A stretch of 63,997 bases of DNA, filler included, from Dimargaris cristalligena (taxonomy: Eukaryota), in the NCBI GenBank assembly GCA_003614675.1. It is 7 parts of 7 records of this genome, joined end to end, with 100 filler letters (N's around TTAATTAATTAA, not from the genome) between each part and the next. Parts side by side here need not be neighbours in the genome. Positions count along the whole stretch, not along the records: positions 1 to 9,106 come from ML003286.1; positions 9,207 to 18,309 come from ML003287.1; 5 more parts are not named here. One strand, written 5' to 3'. Numbering within the stretch: position 1 is the first letter of the stretch; every line of letters begins with the position of its first letter. Shown piece after piece: positions 1 to 12,279 of the stretch. The notes below the pieces were generated by a model. It did no database searches, was not told the origin of the DNA, and saw only the letters and a list, made by a program, of their open reading frames with translations. Position numbers and translations under genes: made by a program.

Positions 1-1509
1 GGCCGGGGTTGCGGAGTTTTGATCGATTTGAATAAACATTTCATTATTTTCAGTTCGGTACCGCTAAGAAGCCCACTAGAAGTGTAAATACGCTTGGAAA
101 TACTGCCCACCTACTGGGGTAAAGATATAGCACAGGAATCGATCCAAAAATCGAATCACCCATTTACCGACGGGTTGCAACTGTTGTAGAATTAGAATAT
201 CGTATTATAATTCTCTGTCTGATGAATCTGGGCGTATGACTTTTCTGATTAATTATTAATGAAATAAATAGATCTGACTATTTAAACTGAGCGTGGAACC
301 CACTATTAGCTGCCACTTCCTTTCTAGTAATCCAGCTTGATTAATCATCACCCAGGTACACCAGTAACTATCGAGCCTAGTATGACACAATATATCCCAA
401 TCTGGTATTCCTAACCAAGAGTTCTAATATTATTAAACTATGTACTTAGATGTGAATGGTAGACACATGTGGATTTTAAAGGGAATGGATATAAACCCAC
501 AATCAGATATGATTTATTGAAGGAATGTGAGGGACAGGGAAAAATAGATTCATATGCCGCCTTGTTGAAAGACGTAATAAAAAGTAGACCAGAGAGATTG
601 CGCAAGACACGCACAACCTCTCCTGGACTCTTACCTTTGTTGAACCATTTGAATAGTGCACGATGGTTAAGTACACTGTCAATTTTAGTGTGGATCATGG
701 TTGAATATAATCCACATTGACTTTGAATTTATAAAATAGGGGGAATATACTAATCGATGACTAGCTGGGTTAGGTCTAAATATCACTAGAGTAGTGTCCG
801 GGGTTAAGTGTGAGGTGGTTATAGGATGTTGATCGATTGGGCAGGGAATGGTTGTGGACAATGATCTGAGAGTCGGCCCGATGGAGCAGCCGAGTATGAT
901 CGCAGGTCCGTATTGCCCAGTAGGTTGAACGGTGCGTGGAATCAAATTTTGCGATCGAGAGGGGGTTATTTTTCTTTCAACTTTCGGAGCCAGGTTGGTT
1001 GAAAACCCGGCTCCATTGAAAGTCTCAGTAAAAATGAAATAATATAAATCAATAGGATAAAACATATACTCACCAGAGGCCTGGTTGAAAGGCAATATCA
1101 CCGGGGAGCGAGGGAGGATAAAAGGATTGGGCGGGGGGAGGCGTTGGAATAAACCCCATCTTTCCATGGAGTGGACCGCGAGATCTAAGGCAAGCGATAC
1201 GGAAGGGAAGGCACGAGATACAATAAATACTACAAAAAGAAAAACTGCAAACCGGGGTTAGTCAAAATATGAGCCAGTATGATTGTACCGACCCTACGGT
1301 TGAAAGAGGATCGGTAAACACTGGCAAAGGTATAGATTAGAAAAAGGGGGGAGTATGGAATACAACCCCACTTTTTCCCAAATCGTATACCCAAGGTTAA
1401 TCTATACGGCTCCATAGTCCTGTTGAAAGGACAAGGAAATATTCCGACTAGGGTTTCCCATACAGAGAGGCAATTACTAAGTAATAAAAATTCGACAGTG
1501 ACGGGCAAT

Positions 1510-3876
1510 TTAAGCTTGATCGGCGTAACGACGGCGGAATTCGCCGGCAGTGGCGGTCAGGTTGCGCAGGGAAGCCTCTACTTCGGCCCAGTCACGGGTC
1601 TTAAGACCGCAGTCGGGGTTCAGCCAGATAAGCTGGAAGGGCAGGTAGTTCAACAGCGCGGCGAGGCGTTCGTTCATTTCTTCGACAGTGGGCACACGGG
1701 GGGAGTGGATATCGTACAAACCGGGACCGGACGCGTTGTGGTAGCCGTACCGATCGAAAGCCCGCAGCAGCTTCAGGTCCGAGCGACTGTTCTCAATGGT
1801 GATGACGTCGGCGTCCATGCGCTGAATGGCGGGGAAAATGTCGTTGAAGTCGGAGTAGCACATGTGGGTGTGGATCTGGGTGGTGTCCTGGACTGAGCAG
1901 CTCGACAGGAGGAATGCATCAACGGCCCACTTAAGGTAGGCCTCCCACTCAGTACGGCGCAGAGGCAGACCTTCACGGATGGCCGGCTCGTCGATTTGGA
2001 TAGTAGAGATACCGGCCTTCTCCAGGTCATCGACCTCGTCACGGATGGCCAAGGCCAATTGCTGGGCGGTCACGCGGCGGGGCTGATCATCACGCACGAA
2101 CGACCACTGGAGGCAGGTGACCGGGCCGGTCAACATACCCTTCATGGGCTTAGTGGTCAGGGACTGGGCGTAGACGGACCAGTCGACGGTCATGGGGTTG
2201 GGGCGGTCAATGTCACCGTAAATGACGGGGGGCTTCACACAGCGGGTGCCGTACGAAGCGACCCAGCCGTTCTGAGTGAACACGTAACCACGCAGCTTCT
2301 CACCAAAGTATTCCACCATGTCGTTACGCTCGAACTCGCCGTGTACCAAGACGTCAATACCAATGTCTTCTTGGATGCGCACGCAACGCTCGGTTTCCTT
2401 CAGCAGGAATTGGCGGTAGTCCTCGGCGGACAGCTCACCCTTCTTGAACTTCAGGCGGGCCTGGCGGACCTCCTTCGTCTGGGGGAAGGACCCGATGGTG
2501 GTGGTGGGGAACAGCGGGAGCTTCTGGTGGGCCTTCTGCTTGGGGTACCGTTCAGCGAAGGGCGTAGGCCGAACGACCATGTCGGGTTGAACCTTGGCCA
2601 GGCGATCCTGGACCTGGGGGTTCACCACCCGGGCGGAGGTACGCCGGGCCGCAAAGGAGCGCTTGTTAGCCTCCAGGGCGGCGTCCACTTCGGACTGACG
2701 CTTGGGCTGGGGTTCCGCGGACTGCTGGATGTTGAACACAGCGGTGAGGGTAGCCAGTTCGCCGAGCTTCTCGTTGGCGAAAGCCAGCCAGTCCTTGATC
2801 TCCGAATCCAACTTAGTTTCGAACTCCAACGAGTAGGGGGAATGCAGAAGGGAGCAGGAAGTGGCCAACACCAGTTGGTTGAGGGGCTTACGGTTGGTGG
2901 CCTGGTTGATCAGATCAATAGCAGTGGCGAACTCGGTCTTCCAGATGTTGCGACCGTTTACTACACCAAGGGACAGGACCCAGTCGGCGGGGAGCTGGTC
3001 CAACACTCCGGGGAGTTGCTGGGGATGACGCACAAGGTCCAGATGGAGACCGTGCACGGGCAGCTTCGAGATGAGGGCCATGCGGTCATCCACTCGTTCG
3101 AAGTAGGTGGTCAGCAGCAGACGCAGCGAAGGGGACAGACCGTCGGCGAGATACTGGTAGGCGGACTTGTAAGCGGCTTCAGTGGCCGGAGTGCTGTCCA
3201 ACCCCAGGTGGGGCTCGTCCACCTGAATCCAGGTGGCCCCGGCCTCGGCGAGCTGGGCGAGCAGCTTGCGGTATTCGGGCAGCAGACGAGGGAGAAGCTC
3301 CAGGGGCTGGAAGTCGCTCTCACCAGAAGCCTTGGCCAACAGAAGGAAGGACACGGGTCCAATGAGAACGGGCTTGGTGTGGATCCCCAGGGCCTTGGCC
3401 TCCTTGAAGTGGGCCACCAGCGAGGGCTCGGCGGTTAGTTGGAAGGTCTGCTCGGGACCCAATTCGGGCACGATGTAGTGGTAGTTGGTATCGAACCACT
3501 TCTTCATTTCCATGGCGGGTACGTCGACGATTTGGTCGGCTCCCTTAGCCGCGGCCCCTTGGAGACCACGGGCCATGGCGAAGTACTGGGGAAGGCCAGC
3601 GGGGATGGTCTGGTAGCGGGTGGGGATGGCGCCGAAGTTGTAGGAGGTATCCAGGACCAGGTCATAGAGGGTGAAGTCGCCGGAGGGAATCAGGTCGATT
3701 CCCTGGCTGCGCTGGAGCTGCCAGTGCTGCGTGCGCAGGGCACGGGCACCGTCAACCAGGGCCGACTCATCGACTTTACCGGCCCAGAAGCCTTCAATCA
3801 ACTTTTTGAGCTGACGCTGGTTACCCACACGGGGGTATCCGAGCACGGAGGATTTCAGAGTAGCGGCAGCAGACAT
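1510..3876 (-). CDS. MET6: Cobalamin-independent methionine synthase (5-methyltetrahydropteroyltriglutamate-homocysteine methyltransferase), 788 aa, intronless
   Basis: Diagnostic MetE motifs: LGYPRVG, EMKKWFDTNYHY, PTTTIGSFPQT, HGEFERNDMVEYFGE, KGMLTGPVT, IHTHMCYS (Zn ligands), DIHSPRVP, NPDCGLKTR. Strong codon bias. Confidence 0.98.
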   Translation of the reverse strand: MSAAATLKSSVLGYPRVGNQRQLKKLIEGFWAGKVDESALVDGARALRTQHWQLQRSQGIDLIPSGDFTLYDLVLDTSYNFGAIPTRYQTIPAGLPQYFAMARGLQGAAAKGADQIVDVPAMEMKKWFDTNYHYIVPELGPEQTFQLTAEPSLVAHFKEAKALGIHTKPVLIGPVSFLLLAKASGESDFQPLELLPRLLPEYRKLLAQLAEAGATWIQVDEPHLGLDSTPATEAAYKSAYQYLADGLSPSLRLLLTTYFERVDDRMALISKLPVHGLHLDLVRHPQQLPGVLDQLPADWVLSLGVVNGRNIWKTEFATAIDLINQATNRKPLNQLVLATSCSLLHSPYSLEFETKLDSEIKDWLAFANEKLGELATLTAVFNIQQSAEPQPKRQSEVDAALEANKRSFAARRTSARVVNPQVQDRLAKVQPDMVVRPTPFAERYPKQKAHQKLPLFPTTTIGSFPQTKEVRQARLKFKKGELSAEDYRQFLLKETERCVRIQEDIGIDVLVHGEFERNDMVEYFGEKLRGYVFTQNGWVASYGTRCVKPPVIYGDIDRPNPMTVDWSVYAQSLTTKPMKGMLTGPVTCLQWSFVRDDQPRRVTAQQLALAIRDEVDDLEKAGISTIQIDEPAIREGLPLRRTEWEAYLKWAVDAFLLSSCSVQDTTQIHTHMCYSDFNDIFPAIQRMDADVITIENSRSDLKLLRAFDRYGYHNASGPGLYDIHSPRVPTVEEMNERLAALLNYLPFQLIWLNPDCGLKTRDWAEVEASLRNLTATAGEFRRRYADQA

Positions 3877-4010
3877 GGTAAATGATAAGGGTAATAATAT
3901 AGGGGGGTTACTGTGCAGAGAAACGGGGGTTGGGGGAGTGCGAGGAATAGGCAGTGATGGGGACGATATAGGTGAGGTATGGGTCGTTGGAAGTGGGGAG
4001 GAATCGCATC

Positions 4011-4449
4011 ATTTATAATGCATTTCTCCGGTGGGCCTTTGAGCAATAGATAATCTAGGGATGACAATAGGAGTACGTATTCTCATTAATAGAGATATGG
4101 TGGGGGGATTTCACCAGCTAGGAGGTGAAATTGGCCAATAGCCAAACGATTCGTCCATCTCATAGGTTAACCTTGCCAATAGCGCTGGGGTATTTTTTGT
4201 GACTTAACCAAGGGAAAGAGATTCGTTGCGGAACTCGGCCGAATCAAATGGCGTCCAAATGGTGCCATTCTAAAGGATTGGTGAGTCACAGGCGATTGCC
4301 CAGGAAATCCCTCCTCATTGTAGTAGTGTAGTGTGTGAGAATGGCCGCTGCAAGGTGCAGGAGACTGTTCCCTTTTTTTATCAAAGTGGACAACACAGTC
4401 CCAAACAGGCCGGTCGGTTGGGAAAGACTCGTTCATTTCCAGTGAGTCA
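4011..4449 (-). promoter_or_regulatory. Putative MET6 promoter: TATA box plus two TGAGTCA (Gcn4/CpcA/AP-1 type) sites
   Basis: TATAAAT on the minus strand at 4011-4017, about 135 nt upstream of the ATG. GTGAGTCAC at 4281-4289 and 4442-4450. Confidence 0.45.
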
Positions 4450-5864
4450 CCTGCAGGAGCCCACTAATCCACCCGGTCACTCCAGTCTTGAGGGGCACTC
4501 TTCAGCGCTAGAGTATACCTTCACTGGACAGCATAATCCTATGCCGGGGAGAGAAGCCTTGGCTTGCGGATTGAATGAGCCCAACCGACTCTGGCATAGA
4601 AATACCTGTCAAAACAACGCACCTTGACTAACCGACGAGACTGATGTTAAAAGGCCTACAAACAGAACCAGATTGGAAGTGACTAAATGGCAGGGACAGT
4701 GTAGATTAAAACCCCCGTCTTTGCCCACTGCAACGGTATTAATTGCATGGTTTCTTTCATCACACCTAAATGGACTTATAAATGGGTGATATTAAAATAC
4801 CAGTATAGGTAGCCCATGTTAAGTAATCTGTAAGATAAATTGCACATAGCTGCCTGCCAATTCGTTCATTTCTAATTAATAGGAACTATTGTGGCACCAC
4901 ATAACCGTCGCATTTGACCGAGTAATAAACCGGAATATTCACAAATCAACCTGGTTGGGGATTCAATTAATCAACTATAACATTCACTATTTAGTGGTTG
5001 AATAGGGCCTTATCATGCGTAAAGGCAGGTGGTATACTATCGGGTACCCCAGGCAGTTTGCTATCCCGTCTAGCCAATTTTAGATAGACCAGTCCAATCA
5101 TTATGAATCGCGCCATAGGCCTACAGTTCCATGATGCTGAACCCCACCGACGGTTTAGCCTGGGGGAAACAACGGACAATCCAGGGAGCTGAAGCAGCAG
5201 TGCTGGTGAACCAACACGAGTTTGATCTCCTTCCAGACGAGCGAGTTGACTGGCCCTGAGTCGGAGAAGCACTTTTTCGCTCGTTTATGTAGGGTCTTGG
5301 TATTACGGCGCAGCTCTTTCCCTTGGCATTGCACTAGAGCTTTTTTGAGGGTGGCTTTGTTGTAAGACAAGTGACAGTCCACCTCGTTGGCATCACTTGT
5401 TTTGAACTGCTCACGTATATGTCCATCAAACAGTTAACCAGTAAACTCTAATCTCGGCTATCAGTTCATCCGACAACCAACACTATGAGGTCGATGATTG
5501 CCAGTATTGTTCACGACTATGCCCGATTTATAGCATGCCATGGGCAAAAGTGGAAAGGCTAATACGCCTCTAAGAAGTATCAGTCTCTATTCATTTTAGC
5601 CAGGGGTTATATCTGCAAGCTATGAGCTATCTCTGACTAATTGGGCTTCAAATTGATATGGGTGAAATGCGGCCCTGCTAGTATATTTGTCGGAATGGGT
5701 CAATAAGATTGGGATTAATAAAAGAGAAAAGGCCAGGGAGGGATATATGGGATTATTTGGCAACGTTTCGGTTCAAAAATACTGTCCTGGTTGTAGTAGG
5801 TGGGATAATGCCTGCTAGTTGGATAGGTCATAATTCAACCAAATTAGCCCGCCGGTGGTTGGAA

Positions 5865-6545
5865 TCATTCATTGTTAGGTGGGCCTCCAGCACTTTGACC
5901 TAGGCAATTTATTATCGATTGATGTCTTTTCAGGTTATCAGAGCGATTGAATTTTTTACCACACCCTTCGCAGACAAAGGGCTTTTCAACCATGTGGTCA
6001 CGTATATGCCGGAGGAAATTATCCCAACGGGCGAATTCACCATGACATTCCAGACAACCAAATGGTTTCTCCTTGCACTGTGTATCCCGATATACACGGC
6101 TGCTTTTGGGCATCCGGAATCTTTTTGTTTCGGCAGTGTCCTGGTTCACTGGCACCTGCATGGAGAACTGGGCCATAGGAAAGGGAAGCCTGCCACTTCC
6201 TGAGCCGGATTCACTAAACTCAGCAGGGGGGTCCAAACCTAAAGACCCGGATCCGAAGCTGGACTGGTCAATGTCTTCGTCATCCATGAGATCTTCGAGA
6301 TGGGTATTGTAGTTGGCTAACGCATTACTGTCTAGTTGACTGATATACACTAGCTGCTGCTCCGTTGACCAAGGCTAGAAAAAGTAATCATTGGCTAGAT
6401 TCGTAATTTCTTCCTCGATGCTGCTATCGGCGCTGTTGGCATTTTGTAGGTTGTTGAGACTGGTGGGTTGGATATCCTGCTCGGAGGCTCGGCTGGCCGT
6501 GAGTGAGCCCAGGAAAAAAAGGCAGGCTGCTCCAATAAAACGCAC
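5865..6545 (-). pseudogene. Disrupted C2H2 zinc-finger gene with an upstream signal-peptide-like segment; a 140-aa product from ATG 6287 is possible
   Basis: Two fingers CLECHGEFARWDNFLRHIRDH / EKPFVCEGCGKKFNRSDNLKRHQSIINC. The upstream ORF (6375-6653) is in the same frame, separated by a single TAG (6377-6375). It contains (V)RFIGAACLFFLGSLTASRA starting at GTG 6545. TATA box near 6780 and a likely 5'UTR intron at 6706-6611. Confidence 0.7.
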
Positions 6546-9037
6546 TTTGTCGACGATAGCTGGTGATGCTGTGTTAAACTGGGCCACGTCAAATAGATAC
6601 AGATTCTTGTCTAGAAATATATATATATATATATATACATATATAAGAAACACAGTGGTCTAATAATCCGGTTGACGATGAAAATGTAATGGAATGGGGA
6701 ATGTACCAGCAGTGAAGCTAAGCAATGTGTTTCCGAAGCGTTGCGGATGATGTCGGATATAGAGACGAGGTTATGCCTATTTATATGGTTTACAAAATAG
6801 CTCCCGTTCAGCTGGCGGTACTAACCAACTCAAATAATTCTAGGTAATCATTGCGCCACAGGCTCCAAACCTCCTAGTTTCCCCTAAATATCTGGAAAGG
6901 GCCCTTTCAAAAAAAATGTATGGTGATGCGTTTGGTTGGAGCTACACAAAGTATTACGTTTCATACATAGTTTAATGAGTGGCAACCCTCCACCAAGGCA
7001 TTGTATAGCACGTCTATTGTACTCGGATACATTACTCACCATAAAAATACGTGCCATCTCCCCGCTTGCCAACAAATGTCTCATTACATATTGGGGCATA
7101 TCCCCCTCCCACTCATCAACGACCGGATGGTCGTGCCATGAAGCCACAGTCGCATATGCCAGGCATACAAGTCAGACTGCTTGTACTCTTGGGACGTTCT
7201 AATTTACCTGTCTAACATGATTCCCCTCGTCATAGAAACCACCATTCCTCATAACCAGTGCTGGGTTCCAAGCCATCTAGATGCTACACCATCCCTGTGA
7301 GCGAATATTCCGTTGTATTACATGGCATACATTGGTTCCTTACCTTGGCTGCTTCAGTATATTTTTGGTCAAGGCGTTTGCTTTGATAGTGAACACTCTG
7401 TTTTTTTGCTATGGGCTGAATTGGTCTCGGCAATAATTATATTATGGGAGTACGGTGTAATGCAAGTCTGTGGATGAGAGTTGAGGTCCAATGGTATCCA
7501 TTAGAAATTGAGGAATGCATATGGGAGAAGGAAGGAAGATGCCCCTCCCCCCTAAAATGGACAGCATAAACACACTGGGCCAAATGTTGCCGGGTAAAGG
7601 TATAGCCCTTAAGCTTAAGCAAACCTATTTGGGGGGGGGGGTCCGAATGATACGCGACAATGAATGAGCGTCAACGCATTATTATGCTAAAGATAACCAA
7701 AAAAAAATATTGTCGAGGGGAGGGTGATTTACTACTATAAACCCAGCATCTTATTAGGTGAAATGATAAGTAAAAAATTAGTGCATAGTTAATATACGGA
7801 TATACTGAAAAGACTGGTCGCTGCAAGTGCTAACAAATCGGCACTGCCTTAGACCAATATTGACATGAAGATGACGCCTATTTGGCCATTTGGTGGGTGG
7901 TCTCCCACTACTTTACCAATTTTCCAGCATATCTTACCTTTTCAGACGTGAAAATACCTCATATTTGGCTGGTATATCCCATCCAGAATCAACTCTAAAT
8001 ATACAGCTGTGAAATGTGTTCACTGGGTTCTTTGAATCCATTTCGTAACCACGGAAAGGTACTCTGAATCCGAGGAATACTGTATGGCCACTAGGAGAAT
8101 GAGACGAGCTTCCCCCTGCAGGACTAACGATAAACAGGTGAGGGGCAAGTTGGCGACAAATACTAGGGCAATACTAGCCTTACTATCAATGAGAAGCCCC
8201 GAACTGTGGGGGTGTTTCCATCTAAAATTAAAAACGAAATCATTATTCCGATTAGCATTACCCAAGTTTGTCAATCCGCCGCCGCCTAGCTATCCTGAAT
8301 CTGGCGTAAATAGGCTAATGCCTCAGTTTGAATTCCCCGGATTGATGACAAATTATAGAAAATGGTGCGTCTATTATTTATACCGATTCCTGTCCTATAC
8401 AGCCAAGTGTCGGTGTCCATAACCGTATTTGACATAAGAGAGTTGAAAATTTGTCGACCAGAACTATACAATGTCGTATTCGCCCTAATTTCTCGGATCA
8501 TGCTTTATATATGGTTGATACCGCTGTCACTACATAAGAAATAGTAAAATATAAATATATAACAGTGCCTCGACTTCTGGGGATTCAATAAACCCTGCCT
8601 GGCTAGGCCAAATGACCTGATGGCTATTGGAATATCAATACCATAGTGAAGCATCCGCTCCAAAACCAAATCGGGCATAGAAAATGATATTAAAATGTGA
8701 CAAGTCACAAGGAGAGGGACGTTGTTACTGCGGATGGAATGATAATGGAATTGGGAAGGAATAGTGCGAATATACACCGACTTCTATTCATAGAATCAAA
8801 AAGGTTATGGCATCAACTATTCCCAAATGGTCTCCCACCTTAGTACTAAATCGACTGACAGCTGCTTAAGTACGCAGATCTAACGGGATACGCTGCTGAA
8901 AGCTGCATATGGCCATAACCGAAATGTTGTGATGTGGCAGAGCGACTTATATAATAACAGGCGTAAATGCCTTATAATCAAAGAGATAGTAGAGTCGAAC
9001 CTTAAGAATAACTAAGACAACTGTAGGTAAAACTACC

Positions 9038-9106
9038 GGTACAGTTCAGAAGAATGAAAAAAGAGATGTTTTATTAAGAGTTGCGATTCTTGGAGGTATT
9101 TATACT
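9038..9106 (+). repeat. 69-bp repeat at the end of contig 1, also found at the start of contig 6 (45897-45965)
   Basis: GGTACAGTTCAGAAGAATGAAAAAAGAGATG... aligned by eye; 3 mismatches in 69 nt. Confidence 0.9.
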
Positions 9107-9206
9107 NNNNNNNNNNNNNNNNNNNNNNNNNNNNNNNNNNNNNNNNNNNNTTAATTAATTAANNNNNNNNNNNNNNNNNNNNNNNNNNNNNNNNNNNNNN
9201 NNNNNN
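9107..9206. other. Artificial contig linker (N44-TTAATTAATTAA-N44)
   Basis: Identical 100-bp spacer repeated six times in the window; it places stop codons in all frames. Confidence 0.99.
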
Positions 9207-12200
9207 TATGTATAGATTAATAGTAAGGGAGATTTGCATATGTAAATCATCTAACATTAAATCTACTTTCCGGCTTTTTTACTAAGGACGTGCCAAAACA
9301 TTTGCAATACTATAATGGTTACATACCTTACCTATCTCTTTCCAAGGTTTACTAATCCCTTGCAGCATAATTTCCTTATTGATGTGATTGATTTATTATA
9401 ATGTCTAAATGGATAGTTAGAATAAGAAAATGCTAGTAGTTCTGGTATGACACCTATTAGCTATTGATGTTTAAATAATTATTTAGTTGACTGTATTAAA
9501 TGGAAGGACACTGTTCTTCTAGCGATGCTGATTATAGCAGGTCAGTCTTTGGAGAACAAAATTTGTAACGTCATGGGGGCTAAGCCCCACAAAGCCACTC
9601 AATTCAATAGTGTATGTCCAATGAATGGCATTGAAGCCTTTCACCACTGTTGCTACACCATTGGGTCGCCCAACCTCATTTTCATTGTCAAGATTTTATA
9701 GCACGCCAATACTAGCCATCCCACCGGCAGCATACAGCTAACGCAATATAAATCAAACCACGAACGCACATTGATTTGATATTTATTTAACATATACTAG
9801 GTAAAAAAAATATACTAAAAATAGATCCCTGAAATTAAGGAGGATACAAAATAAAAACCTGCTGTGCTTGCAGGTGCCATCCGAGAGACTCATGAAAGGG
9901 TGGGTAATAGCGGAGGGGGCGGAGGACCCCCTTCCGGCAATTGGCGTGGTGAATCCGGTTTATGGACCGGATAATCTCGCCCCAGAATATGGGAGGGGCC
10001 ATTAAATTGCCTCTGGAGGGGGCTAGTAAGAGTGTTATTAATCCGCATTCCTGCAGTAGATTAGCTTCAGTTTTTTGGAATTGTCAGCGAGTAAAATAGA
10101 TGCTTGTATTTGTAGGATCACTTGGTTTTTGATGAGTGAATTCGATGAAATGTGCTTGATAAGAAACTTGGAGCGGGAGGTCCATCTGCCTTTTTTATAT
10201 CCCACTAGATAGTACCAATGTCATGTAAGTGCTGCAGTTAACCACGGCAACCCATCCCAGAGTAGTTTAAGTGCCAATAACCTATTCCTTGGTTCCATAG
10301 TCGAACAATAGTCCTTCTATACATGGTGAATATTCGTAATAGCATAGGGGGTATCTAACAGTTTCGTTTTTTTTACTTTGTCTGACATTAAACCTGAAAT
10401 TGCGAAGTTTTTTTAACAAAGGGGCCACCAACGGGATATTCCTTCGCATATTGTTATGGCGTAGTCGCTTCATACAAGAATACTACGAATTGTTTAAAAT
10501 ATCTGATCACCGTCTAGGAACTTGACTATGGATATGTAATTGTCTGCGCTATTTTTAATAGCAGAATATCGACTATCCATTGTTATTGATCACGAATAAT
10601 TCTTGAAGAATGCAATGGTTCTAACCTGGTTAATAACCGTGTTCAACTTATGTTTACCGCTTCGTATACTCGTGATGCCCTATTTCAAATAGCAAAGCCA
10701 TTATTTAACACTGATAGCGAAACGCTTCTCACATAGTTTAGGCGAATGAATGACTGCTATGTCCCTCCCCCCTAAAATTCAATAGGTAGGTACTCGGTAA
10801 ATTCGGATTCTGACCATAATTTCCTGTGACTAACAGCGAAGGAGATGGGGGGGGGCACCAAGTAAAAGCGTAAGTCGGAATCTGGATATCATAATGGACT
10901 TCTCGTTTTTTTTTCTCAGGGGATTGGTTACTAGTAAACTAGTAGAAGAAACCCTTCTAACATACGAATAAAATAGTATACTAACAAAAACGGAATGATA
11001 GGCGATGTCTGTCCCACTTGTCCTGTTGGAAGGCAGCTTCCCCCCCCCCCTCCCCATTGATAACAATATAGAAGTATGCACCCGGTCGCGGCAATAGGCC
11101 ACCTTCTCTAAATGATAATGGGACGATGTAATAACCGCGTAACCAGGGAAATGTAGACGCTCAGGGATATTCTAGACATTTTAACGGCCACCAGATTTAG
11201 CCAGGAACAGCAACATACCCCAATTTCCATGATTACTTGTGTGGCGGCGACAATATACTTAACGGCTGACATTTTTATTTAACCATACAGTTTATATAGG
11301 CCAAGAATGAGATTCGTGCAATTCTTTTGTCCACCACAGTTACTGCAAGGTCCACGATTATTAGGAAGATAAGATCTTTAAAAATCATTACCGATTATAT
11401 AACACCACTGAACCTGTTATATGAAATGCATGACATGCCTAAATTTTGAACATTACTTACTTGCGACCTGTATCCATCACAATAACAATTAATTGAAACG
11501 GTGGCCTAAAGTTACATGACTGATCCTTTTTTAGTTCACTGTTTAATCAAACAAAGGGGGAAAACTTCATTTTGTTAAGGAATTGCGTCTGAGCGAGGTA
11601 TTATATAAATAGATGGTCCTAGTAACATCGGGGCTAAACTAAATAATATAGAAATATATAACCATCATTATGATTCACGGAGTTGAAATGGCGAAATAAG
11701 AGAAGTAAACCCGACCAGCAGTAAGCGGAAAAGGAAAGAGAAAAAGAATGAAGGGAGGAGGATATAAGTAGTAGTGAATCGTTATGACAGATTGGCCGAG
11801 CATAGTCGAGGATGGTAAGAGAAAAAATCGGCTTAAGAAGAGACCCTAGAACAAGGGTGGGCGAACGCTAACTTGTGAAAAGGGGAAATCGGAAGATACG
11901 CAAGCGTATGAGGTTGGGTGGCTATATGGAATTACCACCACTACCCCTCCCCCCACACACACATGTATGAAAGGGTGGTCTAGTAAAACACTTATTATGG
12001 TCCGAAAGGAAGTGTAGAACTAGGGGCAGATGTACCCCAAGTCCGAAAATCATAAGGTGGCATAAGTAATAGCTCATATTTTTCCCAAGTGGAGAATATC
12101 GTCGTGCGTAAGGGGGAACGGGGGTGCTAAAGAGGATCGGATAGACAATGACATTGGCATAAATAGGCCTGTCATTATTGGATCCACGGATCAACACAAA

Positions 12201-12279
12201 CGGCTGGTGCATCCAATCCCCAGGTGATCAGAAGGCCTATTACAATGAAGGTAGACCGACCGGGGCAAGTAAAACAACT

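Noticed and set aside
685..1167. 160-aa minus-strand ORF downstream of MET6 with a GGTGAGT donor-like site
   Set aside because: No recognisable domain or codon bias, and I could not build a consistent spliced model. It may be a degraded gene.
1423..3885. Long plus-strand ORFs (157, 480 and 148 aa) antisense to MET6
   Set aside because: Shadow ORFs caused by the strong codon bias of MET6 (few TTA/CTA/TCA codons); no recognisable motifs.
3877..4700. Riboswitch (SAM, cobalamin or TPP) upstream of MET6
   Set aside because: No recognisable aptamer consensus by eye; an Rfam/Infernal scan would be needed to exclude it formally.
4991..5400. Overlapping minus-strand ORFs that look like a decayed coding remnant
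   Set aside because: No assignable motif in any frame.
6375..6377. In-frame TAG codons as evidence of stop-codon reassignment or programmed readthrough
   Set aside because: More than 3000 codons of conserved genes (MET6, ZGRF1-like, APC4, PPR) contain no internal TAG, and the 12280 gene ends plausibly on TAG. Pseudogenisation is the simpler explanation.
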